From Pseudonocardia sp. (GTDB lineage: Bacteria; Actinomycetota; Actinomycetes; Mycobacteriales; Pseudonocardiaceae), in NCBI RefSeq assembly GCF_035489915.1, contig NZ_DATHIT010001015.1: 64,000 bases of DNA; one strand, 5' to 3'. The notes beneath the pieces were generated by a model that worked only from the letters and a program-made list of their open reading frames with translations, did no database searches and was not told the DNA's origin. Shown here piece after piece: positions 41,332 through 50,407 of the stretch; the first letter of the stretch is position 1, and every line of letters begins with the position of its first letter. A program made the position numbers and the translations under genes.

Positions 41332-42261
41332 TTACACCCCGGCGGCCGCCACCTCGGCGAGTACCGCGCGGGTCGCGAGGAACTCCTCGCCGCTGGTGCC
41401 GAACTCGGTGGCCGCGAAGTCCGTCGCGCCGGCCTCGGCCAACGCCGCGAGCGCGGTCCGCACCTGCTGGGCGTTGCCCACGATCGCGACGTCGCCGGGC
41501 CCCTGGGCGCCTTCGGCTTCCAGCACCGCGCGGTAGGACGGCAGCTGGCCGTACTGGCTGAGGACCCCGTTGATGACCGCGCGCACCCGCTCGGGCTGGT
41601 CGGTGACGCAGATCGGCAACCCGGCCACGATCCGTGGTGCCCGCCTCCCGGCCTCCGTCGCCGCCGCCCGCAACGCTGGGCTGATCGCCCGCGAGATGGT
41701 GCGCGGCCCGGATAGCCACAGGATCGTGCCGTCGGCCTGGCCGCCGGCAAGTCCGAGCATTCTCGGCCCCATCGCCGCCACCAACAGCGGGGGTGCCGTC
41801 GCCGAGCGGGCGCTGGTGGACAGGTCGTCCTCACCGGACCAGATGTCACCACGGACGGCGACCTTGCGGTCGGCCAACGCGTGGCCGAGCACCGCGAGGT
41901 ACTCGGCCATGTGCTTGGCCGGCGCCCTGAACGGCACCTTGATGGCGTGCTCCACGATCTGCCGGTGCGCGAGCCCGATGCCGAGCGTGAGTCGGTTGCC
42001 GCAGGCCTCCTGGGTGGTGAGTGCCTGCGCGGCGAGCATCAGCGGGTGCCGCATCCAGGTCGGCACCACGGCGGTGCCCAACTCGATGCGTGAGGTCGCC
42101 CCGCCCGCCACGGCGTACACCGTGAGCACGTCGGGGATGGCCATCTGGCCCAGCCAGTAGGAGGCAAAACCGTCTCGTTCCGCCGTGACGGCGTGGTCCA
42201 CCAGCCGACCCAGCGAGGCCCCGGTCGCGACGAGACTGGACCCGTTGATCCCGATCCGCAT
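41332..42261 (-). CDS. LLM-class, probably F420-dependent, oxidoreductase
   Basis: MRIGI, IELGTAVVPT..RHP, LTLGIGLAH, VAAMGP.ML..AG..ADGTILW, YGQLPSYRA. Confidence 0.85.
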   Translation of the reverse strand: MRIGINGSSLVATGASLGRLVDHAVTAERDGFASYWLGQMAIPDVLTVYAVAGGATSRIELGTAVVPTWMRHPLMLAAQALTTQEACGNRLTLGIGLAHRQIVEHAIKVPFRAPAKHMAEYLAVLGHALADRKVAVRGDIWSGEDDLSTSARSATAPPLLVAAMGPRMLGLAGGQADGTILWLSGPRTISRAISPALRAAATEAGRRAPRIVAGLPICVTDQPERVRAVINGVLSQYGQLPSYRAVLEAEGAQGPGDVAIVGNAQQVRTALAALAEAGATDFAATEFGTSGEEFLATRAVLAEVAAAGV

Positions 42262-42272
42262 GCTGGCCGCGG

Positions 42273-43055
42273 CTACGAGGGGACCTGGCTGAACATCTCG
42301 ACGCCGACCCCGGAGATCGCGCCGCCGTCCACGACGATGTCGGTGCCGGTGATGTACGAGCTCTCGTCGGAGGCCAGGAACAGCGCGGCGTCGGCGATCT
42401 CGTGAGCCTCGCCGATGCGCCCGAGCGGAGCCATCCGGGCGGACAGCCCCTCGATGTCGATGCCGGCCATGTCCGGGCAGTCCATCATCCGGGTGCGGGT
42501 GGCGCCGGGACACACGGTGTTGACCCGGATGCCGGCCCTGGCCAGCTCGAGCGCGGCGACCCTGGTCATGCCGCGCACCGCGTACTTGGCCGCCACGTAC
42601 GCCACGAGCGTCGGGGTGCCCTGGTGGCCGTCGATGGAGGAGATGTTCACGATGGAGCCGCCACCGGCCGCGACCATCGCGCCGACCACGGCCTTCATGC
42701 CGAGGAACACGCCGATCTGGTTGACGTCGATGACCTCGCGGTAGATCTCCTCGGTCATGTTCGGGAGCGGTACCGCGCGCAGCACGCCGGCGTTGTTGAC
42801 CAGCACGTCGACCTTGCCGAACCGCGCCGTCGCATCCTCCACGACGCGCGTCCAGTCGGCCTCGCGGGCGACGTCGAGCCGGGCGAACGCCGCCGAGGCG
42901 CCCAGCTCCTTGGCGAGCAGCTCACCTTCCTCCTCGACCACGTCGGTGACCAGGACCCGCGCGCCCTGCTCGACGAACCGCCGGCAGGTCGCCGCGCCCA
43001 TGCCTCGAGCCGCGCCGCTCACGATGGCGACCTTGCCCCTGAGTCGATCGCTCAT
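42273..43055 (-). CDS. SDR oxidoreductase (3alpha,20beta-HSD-like)
   Basis: SGAARGMG, NNAG, GGGSIVNISS, YVAAK, ASDESSYITG..VDGG. Confidence 0.9.
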   Translation of the reverse strand: MSDRLRGKVAIVSGAARGMGAATCRRFVEQGARVLVTDVVEEEGELLAKELGASAAFARLDVAREADWTRVVEDATARFGKVDVLVNNAGVLRAVPLPNMTEEIYREVIDVNQIGVFLGMKAVVGAMVAAGGGSIVNISSIDGHQGTPTLVAYVAAKYAVRGMTRVAALELARAGIRVNTVCPGATRTRMMDCPDMAGIDIEGLSARMAPLGRIGEAHEIADAALFLASDESSYITGTDIVVDGGAISGVGVEMFSQVPS

Positions 43056-43087
43056 GATTTCTGCCTCTCTTCGTTCGAAGCGTGGAG

Positions 43088-44374
43088 TTAGCGGATCCGC
43101 GTCAGCGGGATGCTGGTGAACGCGCGGGTGAACGCGCTGCGGTCGAGGCGCAGCACGCTCTCGTCGAGCGAAAACGTCGGGAGCAATGGCGCCAACGCGG
43201 CCAGTGACTTGCGGCCCTCGATACGGCCGAGGTGCGCCCCGAGGCACACATGCACGCCGTGGCCGAACGCCAGGTTGTGGCCCCTGCGAGTGATGTCGAA
43301 CCGGTGCGGGTCGGGGTACTGGCGAGGATCGCGGTTAGCCGCGGCGATCATGCACACCAGTGGTGAGCCGGCGGGGATCGTGGTGCCGTGCAGTACGACG
43401 TCCTCATTGGGCTCGCGGTAGACGAACTGCACCGGGCACGCCAGCCGCAGTGACTCCTCGCAGGCGCCGTCGATCAGCGACGGGTCGTCCAGCACGCCGG
43501 CTAGCTGGTCGGGGTGGCGCATCAGGTAGACGGCGGTGTTGCCGATCAGGCTCGTGGTGGTCTCGTTGGCCGCCGCCATCAGGATGAGGAGGAACAGCAC
43601 GGCCTCGACGGCGGTGAGGGTGTCCACCTCCTCGGCCCGCACGATGTCGCTGATCAGGTCGTCGCCGGGGTTCTGTTTGCGCTCCTCGATCATCGGCAGG
43701 AACGCGCCCGCGAACTCCAGCAGCATTCCCAGCAGGTCCACCGCGGCGGCCGCCGTACCCCGCTGGGTGCCGTGCACACAGGCCGAGAGCACGTCCGACC
43801 AGCGCTTCAGGTCCGCGTGCCGCTCCCGGGGCAACCCCAGGATGTCGCCGATCACGCGGATCGGCACCGGCACCGCGAGCTGCGTGACCAGGTCGACCGG
43901 ATCGACCGGGTCGGCGGCGGCGATCCGCTGGACGCAGTCGGCGACGATGGTGTCGATGCTCTGCTCCAGCGCGCGGATGCGCCGGGGCACGAAGCCGCGC
44001 GCCACGATGCTCCGCACCCGGGTGTGCAGTGGCGGGTCGATGCCGACGATCACGCTCGCCGACGCGAACTCGGCGACGTCGAACGGGATCGAGGCCACCA
44101 ACTCCTGGAGCCGGCGCAGCATCTCCGGGTCCTGCTCGCCCTCGAGCCGGGGCGGGAAACCGATCAGCTCACCCTGGTTGGGCCTCGCCGAGTACAGCTC
44201 GTGGTCGCTCAGGATCTCCCGCACGTCGGCGTAGCGCGACACAACGTACTTGCCGTCGGGGAGCCGGTACACCGGGTGCTGCTCGACCAGCGCGTCGATC
44301 GTCTCCTCGGTGCGCTCGTCGCGCCACGTGACGTCCCACGGATTGAAGACGAAGGTGTCGGTCCGCACTGTCAT
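43088..44374 (-). CDS. Cytochrome P450
   Basis: DPP.HTR.R, I-helix AANETT, EESLR (ExxR), heme motif FGHGVHVCLG. Confidence 0.95.
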   Translation of the reverse strand: MTVRTDTFVFNPWDVTWRDERTEETIDALVEQHPVYRLPDGKYVVSRYADVREILSDHELYSARPNQGELIGFPPRLEGEQDPEMLRRLQELVASIPFDVAEFASASVIVGIDPPLHTRVRSIVARGFVPRRIRALEQSIDTIVADCVQRIAAADPVDPVDLVTQLAVPVPIRVIGDILGLPRERHADLKRWSDVLSACVHGTQRGTAAAAVDLLGMLLEFAGAFLPMIEERKQNPGDDLISDIVRAEEVDTLTAVEAVLFLLILMAAANETTTSLIGNTAVYLMRHPDQLAGVLDDPSLIDGACEESLRLACPVQFVYREPNEDVVLHGTTIPAGSPLVCMIAAANRDPRQYPDPHRFDITRRGHNLAFGHGVHVCLGAHLGRIEGRKSLAALAPLLPTFSLDESVLRLDRSAFTRAFTSIPLTRIR

Positions 44375-44440
44375 GCCAGATCGCTCCATCCACCGGCGGT
44401 AAGCCCGGAGAGAGTGAAGCAAGCAAAGGCAGCAACAGTC

Positions 44441-44459
44441 AAGCGACAGTTGGTCACAA
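44441..44459. promoter_or_regulatory. Operator site 5: AAGCGAC-AGTTG-GTCACAA
   Basis: On the minus strand it runs into TTGACT upstream of the P450 operon. Confidence 0.7.
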
Positions 44460-44498
44460 AAAGTGGTTTTGCGAGACTGCTTGGACGAGCGTGGGGTT

Positions 44499-45173
44499 TC
44501 AGTCCGGGGCCGCGGCGCCCTCCGCCCGGGTCGTGGTCTCGTCAGCTCGCAGCCGGATCCCGTAGAGCGCCAGTGCGGTGAGGTGGTCGAGAATCTGGTT
44601 CTTCGACGGTCGCGCGCGGCCCGCTGGCAGGAAGAGCATGTCCATGGTGGACATCGAGGCCACCATGCCGACGATCATGCGGATGGAGAGCTCCAGGTCC
44701 TTCTCGGAGAACCAGCCGCGTCGCCGAGCTTCCTGCTTGCCGATCTCGAAGACGTCGGCGAAGACCTTGTCCAGCACCTCGCGGGCTTCCCTTGCGGCCT
44801 CCTGGTCGAGCACCTCGACGGACGAGGCCAGCCCGAGTACGCCGTGGCGATGCGCGCGGAAACTGTCGTACATCTGCTCCACCATCGTGCGCATCAGCCG
44901 CTCAGCGGTCCACACCTCGATCTCCTGGGCGTTCCAGCTCGCCCGGAAGCCCTCCATGAGGTCGATGAACGGCTGCAGTTGCGAGGCGCGGAACAGATCG
45001 GACTTGCTGCCGAAGTGGCGGAAGATCAGCGTTCGTGCAACGCCGGCCTCCGCGGCGATGTCGTCGGTGGTCGTAGCCGCATAGCCCTTGCGGGCGAAAA
45101 CCGCGGCCGCGGCGTCCAAGAGCAGCTCTCGGACCTCCGACGTGCGACGTCGAGTACGGGGCGGCTTCGTCAT
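44499..45173 (-). CDS. TetR-family transcriptional regulator (candidate owner of the palindrome)
   Basis: LLDAAAAVFARKGYAATTTDDIAAEAGVARTLIFRHFGSKSDL. Confidence 0.93.
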   Translation of the reverse strand: MTKPPRTRRRTSEVRELLLDAAAAVFARKGYAATTTDDIAAEAGVARTLIFRHFGSKSDLFRASQLQPFIDLMEGFRASWNAQEIEVWTAERLMRTMVEQMYDSFRAHRHGVLGLASSVEVLDQEAAREAREVLDKVFADVFEIGKQEARRRGWFSEKDLELSIRMIVGMVASMSTMDMLFLPAGRARPSKNQILDHLTALALYGIRLRADETTTRAEGAAAPD

Positions 45174-45207
45174 GCCCAAACGGTATATGGTCAACCCCTC
45201 TTCCGTT

Positions 45208-45226
45208 AAGCTACCAACAGTCGCTA
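45208..45226. promoter_or_regulatory. Operator site 6: AAGCTAC-CAACA-GTCGCTA
   Basis: In the tetR/Rieske divergent gap; overlaps TAAAGT (-10-like). Confidence 0.72.
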
Positions 45227-45265
45227 AAGTCCCGGACGGCCCGCTCGCTCACTGGAGGTTCAGCA

Positions 45266-46579
45266 ATGACGGTGACCCACCAACCCGGCGCGATCGAGGC
45301 GGAGATTGCCAACGGACGGCTGCCCACCCTCCGCCCTTCGGCGCCGACGGACCTGCTACCCAAGGAGCGCTACCTGTCGGCGGACTTCCAGCTCGCCGAG
45401 CTGACCAGGATGTGGTCGCGGGTCTGGCAGATCGCGTGCATGGACTCCGAGATACCCGAGGTCGGCGACTACTACGAGTACCGGATCGGGCGGGAATCCG
45501 TCCTCGTCGTTCGCGTCGAGGCGGATCTGATCAAGGCGTACCACAACGTCTGCCAGCACCGGGGCCGTCCGCTCAAGCAGGGCTGCGGCAACGCGGAGCG
45601 ACTCCAGTGCCCGTACCACGGCTGGACGTGGCAGCTGGACGGCTCGCTGGCGAGCGTGCCGGAGCGCCGGGAGTTCTGCCCGTTCAGCGACCGGGACGTC
45701 GCGCTGCCGGAGGTCCGGGTCGGGCGGTGGGAGCAGTTCGTCTTCGTCAACCTGGATCCGGACGCGCGCCCGCTGGAGGAGTACCTCGGCGACATCCCCC
45801 GGCGGCTGGAGCCCTACCGGCTGTCGCGGCAGCACAAGTGGTGGTCCCGTTCCACGGTCGTCCCGGTGAACTGGAAGATCGCGCTGGACGCCTTCCAGGA
45901 GGACTACCACGCGCGCTACATCCACCCGGAGACGATCAGCTTCGCCGACTACACCGAGAACCCGATCGAGCTGATCGGTGACCACTCGATGCTGGCGGCG
46001 CGCTTCGGTATGCCGGACCGGCTGTTGGAGCAGGTGCCCGACATCGAGGACACGCTGGACGCGATGCAGTGGACGTTCGACGCGTTCGGCGAGGACACCG
46101 CGCTGATCGCCGCGCTGCGCCAGATGGACCTGCCGGACGGCACGCCACTGCGCGATGTGCTCATCCCGCTGATCAAGGCTGGGATGGCACAGGCCGGCAT
46201 CGACGTCACCGAGCTGACGGATACCCAGCTCGTCGACGACTACGAGTGGTTCCTCTTCCCGAACATCCAGATCCACACGCTGTCCTTCGGCTCGTGGATG
46301 TTCCGGATGCGGCCGAACGGCCTGGACCCGGAGTCGATGATTTTCGACATGTGGTACCTGCATAAGGTGCCGGACGGGAGCGAGCTGCCGCCGCCCGCGG
46401 AGAACGTCCACGTCCCCCAGGGGGAGTCCTGCGGCGCGGTGATGGACCAGGACTTCAACAACATCGCGATCCAGCAGCGCGGCCTGCACTCGGCGGGGTT
46501 CAAGGGGTTCCGGCTCAGCGCGATGGAAGCGCGCATCGTGCACATGAACGAGACCCTCGACCGCTACCTGGAGGGGTGA
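45266..46579 (+). CDS. Rieske non-heme iron oxygenase alpha subunit
   Basis: CQHRG...CPYHGW Rieske motif; NWK...EDYH...H mononuclear iron site; no beta subunit nearby. Confidence 0.92.
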   Translation: MTVTHQPGAIEAEIANGRLPTLRPSAPTDLLPKERYLSADFQLAELTRMWSRVWQIACMDSEIPEVGDYYEYRIGRESVLVVRVEADLIKAYHNVCQHRGRPLKQGCGNAERLQCPYHGWTWQLDGSLASVPERREFCPFSDRDVALPEVRVGRWEQFVFVNLDPDARPLEEYLGDIPRRLEPYRLSRQHKWWSRSTVVPVNWKIALDAFQEDYHARYIHPETISFADYTENPIELIGDHSMLAARFGMPDRLLEQVPDIEDTLDAMQWTFDAFGEDTALIAALRQMDLPDGTPLRDVLIPLIKAGMAQAGIDVTELTDTQLVDDYEWFLFPNIQIHTLSFGSWMFRMRPNGLDPESMIFDMWYLHKVPDGSELPPPAENVHVPQGESCGAVMDQDFNNIAIQQRGLHSAGFKGFRLSAMEARIVHMNETLDRYLEG

Positions 46580-46583
46580 GCTC

Positions 46584-47978
46584 GTGTCCCAGTCCCCGAT
46601 AACACCTGCCCCGGTCCCGCCGTCGGCGTACAGCGCCCTGCCGATGGCGGTGATCGGCACCGGCCCCGCGGGTCTCGGTGCCGCGTGGCGGCTGCGTCAG
46701 GCGGGCCACCCGGTCACCCTGTTCGAGCGCAACAGCGAGCTCGGCGGCCGCATGCGCACGGTCAAACGAGACGGCTTCCAGGTCGAGGACGGCCCCAGCC
46801 AGATCGCGGGCAGCTACACCCGGTTCATCCAGATTCTGCGCGAGTCCGGTCTCGGCGACCAGCTGATCCCGGCCTCGACCGTGCTAGCGATGCTGGACAA
46901 GGACGGCGCGCAGCACGATTTCGCCGTCGAGCGGATCCACCTCGACATGGTGAAGACCCGGCTTATCAGCCTGCGCGAGAAGCTCGACCTGGCCAAGATC
47001 GCCATCGACGTGCTGAAGTACCGGAAGAGGCTCGACGTCGAGGACCTGTCCAAGCTGCCCGAGCTGGACGGAATGTCCGCCGAGCAGTACGGCAGGAAAC
47101 GCCTGGGCAATGGCGTCTACGAGAACTTCGTCGACCCGGTGATCCGAGGCTTCGTCGGCACGGCGCCCAACACGGTCGCGGCGGCCGACATGGTGTGGGT
47201 GTTCGCCACGTTCATGAAGCTGCAGAAGTACTACGCGATCCGCGACGGCATGCAGGCCTACGCCGAGCATCTGGGCAGGTTCTTCCACAAGCACCTGAAC
47301 GCCGAGGTCACGGCCGTCGACGAGCGCGCCGACGAGGTCGACGTCACCTGGCGCGACGCGGCGGGCGACCAGCACACGCAGAGCTTCGCCGGCGTGGTCG
47401 TCGCGACCCTGCCCAAGGGCGCTGCCAAGATCCACAACGGGCTGGACGCCTGGCGGCGCGACTGGCTGGCGAACAAGGTCGACAACGCCACCATCGTGCA
47501 GGCCCACGTCGCGCTGGACAGCCCGCCGGCGTCATCCGCTTCGATGGTCTACTCCACCGAGGTCTCCAACCAGACCAAGGTGCTGGCCATCAACCTCGAG
47601 CACAACAAGGCGCCGGGGCGGGTACCCCCGGGCAAGGCCATCGCCACGATCTTCGGCTCCGACGTGTGGAGCAAGCAGGTCCTCGAGGAAGACGACGAGG
47701 AAATGCTGATCAAGGAGCTCATCGAGGCCGCGGAACCGATGGTGCCCGGCGTCGGGGACGGCGTGCTGTTCACCCAGTTGACCCGGTGGCCGTATTCGTG
47801 GGCAAAGAGCTACCCCGGCTACTGGCAGGGCATGCGCGAGTTCAACCGGATCAGCGCGCGGGAGGACCGGCTGGTCCGGCTCGCCGGTGACTACTTCTGC
47901 GTGACCAGCCTCAATGTGGCGACCGCATCCGGTGAGCGCGCCGCTCGGCAGCTCATCGACGTTCGCCGGCCCCGCTGA
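46584..47978 (+). CDS. FAD-dependent oxidoreductase (amine oxidase/HemY-like fold)
   Basis: IGTGPAGLGAA, FE....GGR, C-terminal LAGDY...A..SG.RAA. Confidence 0.8.
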   Translation: MSQSPITPAPVPPSAYSALPMAVIGTGPAGLGAAWRLRQAGHPVTLFERNSELGGRMRTVKRDGFQVEDGPSQIAGSYTRFIQILRESGLGDQLIPASTVLAMLDKDGAQHDFAVERIHLDMVKTRLISLREKLDLAKIAIDVLKYRKRLDVEDLSKLPELDGMSAEQYGRKRLGNGVYENFVDPVIRGFVGTAPNTVAAADMVWVFATFMKLQKYYAIRDGMQAYAEHLGRFFHKHLNAEVTAVDERADEVDVTWRDAAGDQHTQSFAGVVVATLPKGAAKIHNGLDAWRRDWLANKVDNATIVQAHVALDSPPASSASMVYSTEVSNQTKVLAINLEHNKAPGRVPPGKAIATIFGSDVWSKQVLEEDDEEMLIKELIEAAEPMVPGVGDGVLFTQLTRWPYSWAKSYPGYWQGMREFNRISAREDRLVRLAGDYFCVTSLNVATASGERAARQLIDVRRPR

Positions 47979-47995
47979 GACAGGAGAGCACATCG

Positions 47996-48223
47996 ATGGC
48001 CGATCTCGTCGTACCCCGCCTCGGGGTGAGCGTGACGGAGGTGACGATCGTCGAGTGGTTGGCTGAGGACGGCGCGACCGTGAAGGCCGGCGACTCGATC
48101 CTCACCGTCGCCACCGACAAGACCGAGGTGGAGATCGAGGCGGTCGCCGACGGTGTGTTGCGCCACCGCGCGGCCCCGGAGGAGGACTACCCGGTCGGTG
48201 CCGTCATCGGCGCGATCGACTAG
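47996..48223 (+). CDS. Stand-alone lipoyl carrier protein
   Basis: P.LG.SVTE.TIVEW...G..V..GD....VATDK..VEIEA..DG; 75 aa, AGGAG RBS, no E2 catalytic domain. Confidence 0.88.
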   Translation: MADLVVPRLGVSVTEVTIVEWLAEDGATVKAGDSILTVATDKTEVEIEAVADGVLRHRAAPEEDYPVGAVIGAID

Positions 48224-48449
48224 CCCGTGCTCGGGCGCCCGCCCCGGTGCGGCCGACCTTCGGCAATCGGTCTGTTAATTGTGTTGCCTGTGTGCGAGGC
48301 TGTGCTCGCCGGCATTCGCGCAAACTGTGCTGTTACCTTTGTTCTCGGTCTTTCCCGAAGATTCTATTGAGCCTCGCTGCCCCGGTCGGGAAGAAAAAAT
48401 CTCCCGATATGGCGCGTAACCCGAGTCGGCACGTGTCGTTGAGCATAGT

Positions 48450-48468
48450 AGGCGACTCTCGGTAGCTT
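48450..48468. promoter_or_regulatory. Operator site 7: AGGCGAC-TCTCG-GTAGCTT
   Basis: In the long leader about 200 bp upstream of the mce operon. Confidence 0.55.
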
Positions 48469-48671
48469 CGGAGGCTTCATGATCGAGTATCTGGCTGACG
48501 ACTTCTAAGGATTCGTCGCTCTGTCGATATGGCATCCGAGCGGAGAGCGCTGGGCCGCGCCGGCGAAAGATCTTTCTGTGCACCCGGCGTTGGCCCGACC
48601 ATTCCTGGCCGACCATGGGGCGAGGTTTGTAGGTTGGGAACCAAAGGCTTTACTCAGGGGCAGGTTCAACG

Positions 48672-49532
48672 ATGAACACGCAGTATCCGCCGAACGTATC
48701 GGCAAAGACACCGCGTCGTCGAAATCAAGGACCCGTAGTGGTGGCGGCTATTCCTAGGCCGATCCTCTATCCGGTCGCCGAGGCCGGCGCGATGGCTCAG
48801 CTGGGTTGTTCGATCCTGTGGAGCGCGGTGCGCAGGCCGGTCGGCTACTGGCACGCGGTGCTGGACGAGGTCTACGGCGTGCTGAAGCTGTGCTGGTTTC
48901 CACTGGTCCTCGCGGTGTCGTCGTTCGGCATGATGGTGGCGATCCTCGGTCTGAACTTCACCACGTTGTTGGGCGCGAACAATCGGTACGGCCAGTACTT
49001 CTTCATCGTCAACATCCGCGAGTTCTCGCCTTGGATCAACTCGATGGTCGTCGCCGGCATCGTGGGCGCGGCGCTGACGGCGGACCTCGGCGCACGGAAG
49101 GTGCGCGAAGAGCTCGACGCGCTCGAGATTCTCGGGGTCGACTCGTTGCGTGAGCTCGTTCTGCCTCGGGTGCTCGCGGCGATCGTGATGACGTGTCTTT
49201 TCGGTGTCGTCTCCATTCTGATCGGCATCATCACGGGCCTCATTGGCTCGGTCCTGATCGGGAAGGTACCGGCCGGTGAGTACCTGGCCACCCTTTTCGC
49301 CAACCTGACCACGGTAGAGCTGTGGACATCGCTACTGAAGAGTGCGCTATTCGGCCTGATCATCGGGGTGGTCTGCTCCTACAAGGGAGTGAGCTGCAGT
49401 GGTGGCTCGATGGGTGTCGGGCGAGCCGTCAACCAGGCGGTGGTGATCTCGTTCGTGCTGATCTTCATCGTCGACTTTTTCTTCGTTTCGATCATGCTCG
49501 GCCTCGCGCCAGAGCTGCAGACCGTGCGGTGA
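48672..49532 (+). CDS. yrbEA: YrbE-A (MlaE-family) permease of Mce transporter
   Basis: ADLGARKVREELDALE.LG, PRVLA, GVGRAVNQAVV. Confidence 0.88.
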   Translation: MNTQYPPNVSAKTPRRRNQGPVVVAAIPRPILYPVAEAGAMAQLGCSILWSAVRRPVGYWHAVLDEVYGVLKLCWFPLVLAVSSFGMMVAILGLNFTTLLGANNRYGQYFFIVNIREFSPWINSMVVAGIVGAALTADLGARKVREELDALEILGVDSLRELVLPRVLAAIVMTCLFGVVSILIGIITGLIGSVLIGKVPAGEYLATLFANLTTVELWTSLLKSALFGLIIGVVCSYKGVSCSGGSMGVGRAVNQAVVISFVLIFIVDFFFVSIMLGLAPELQTVR

Positions 49533-49542
49533 GGACGGGCAG

Positions 49543-50403
49543 ATGAACACAGGGCGCGAGAACGAGACCGACCAGCGGGGGTCGTCGGTCGCGGTAGCCG
49601 AGGGCGACGAGGCCGGCAGGCGACCGAAGAGGCTGCTCTCGGCGGTGGAGAACGCGGCCGACATGGCGAGCTTCGGTGTCGATGCACTGCGCTCGCTCGG
49701 TGGAGCGCGGCGGTTCGGTTCGGAGATCCTCCGCCAGACCGGAATCGTCATCCTCTCCAGTGGCATGGTGATCTGGCTGATGGAGTTCGTGATCGGCGCG
49801 GTATTCGCCGTTCAGGGCAACTACATCTCCAGCCAGTTCGGCGCCAAGGGCTACGTGGGGGTCTTTCCGGCACTCGGCGGGTTGCGCGCGACAGCCCCGG
49901 AAATGTGGGGCTGGATTCTTTCGGCCAAGGTCGGTTGCGGCCTCGTGGCCGAGCTCGGTTCCATGCGAATCAGCGAAGAAATCGATGCCCTGGAAGTCAT
50001 GGGTATTCCACCCAAGCCGTATCTAGTGGGCACGCGAATTCTGGCCGCATGGATCGCGATGCCTTTTTTGTACCTCGTTGGTCTGGGTCTTTCCCATGTG
50101 GGGTCCTATCTGGTCATCATCTACATGCTGAAGACAGTTTCCGTGGGCGGTTTCTTCCATGTGTTCTGGGCATTCCAGAGCCCGGTTGACCTGCTCTTCT
50201 CGATGCTGTGGATGTTGATCCTCGGTACGCTGATCGTGCTGGTGTCCTGCTATTTCGGCTATACCGCGCGCGGGGGGCCGGTTGGTGTCGGGCAGAACAC
50301 CGCGCGGTCGATGGTGGTCAACATGGTTCTGGTCAGCGTGATCGGCATGTTCTGTCAGCAGCTGTTCTGGGGTGGCTTCCCCAACGCGCCGATCGGGAAC
50401 TGA
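49543..50403 (+). CDS. yrbEB: YrbE-B (MlaE-family) permease
   Basis: AKVGCGLVAELGSMRISEEIDALEVMG, YFGYTARGGPVGVG. Confidence 0.88.
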   Translation: MNTGRENETDQRGSSVAVAEGDEAGRRPKRLLSAVENAADMASFGVDALRSLGGARRFGSEILRQTGIVILSSGMVIWLMEFVIGAVFAVQGNYISSQFGAKGYVGVFPALGGLRATAPEMWGWILSAKVGCGLVAELGSMRISEEIDALEVMGIPPKPYLVGTRILAAWIAMPFLYLVGLGLSHVGSYLVIIYMLKTVSVGGFFHVFWAFQSPVDLLFSMLWMLILGTLIVLVSCYFGYTARGGPVGVGQNTARSMVVNMVLVSVIGMFCQQLFWGGFPNAPIGN

Positions 50404-50407
50404 AGCG

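Noticed and set aside
46584-47978. hemY protoporphyrinogen oxidase or ferredoxin reductase
   Set aside because: Only the generic FAD fold is recognisable; no heme-pathway context and no second NAD(P)H-binding motif.
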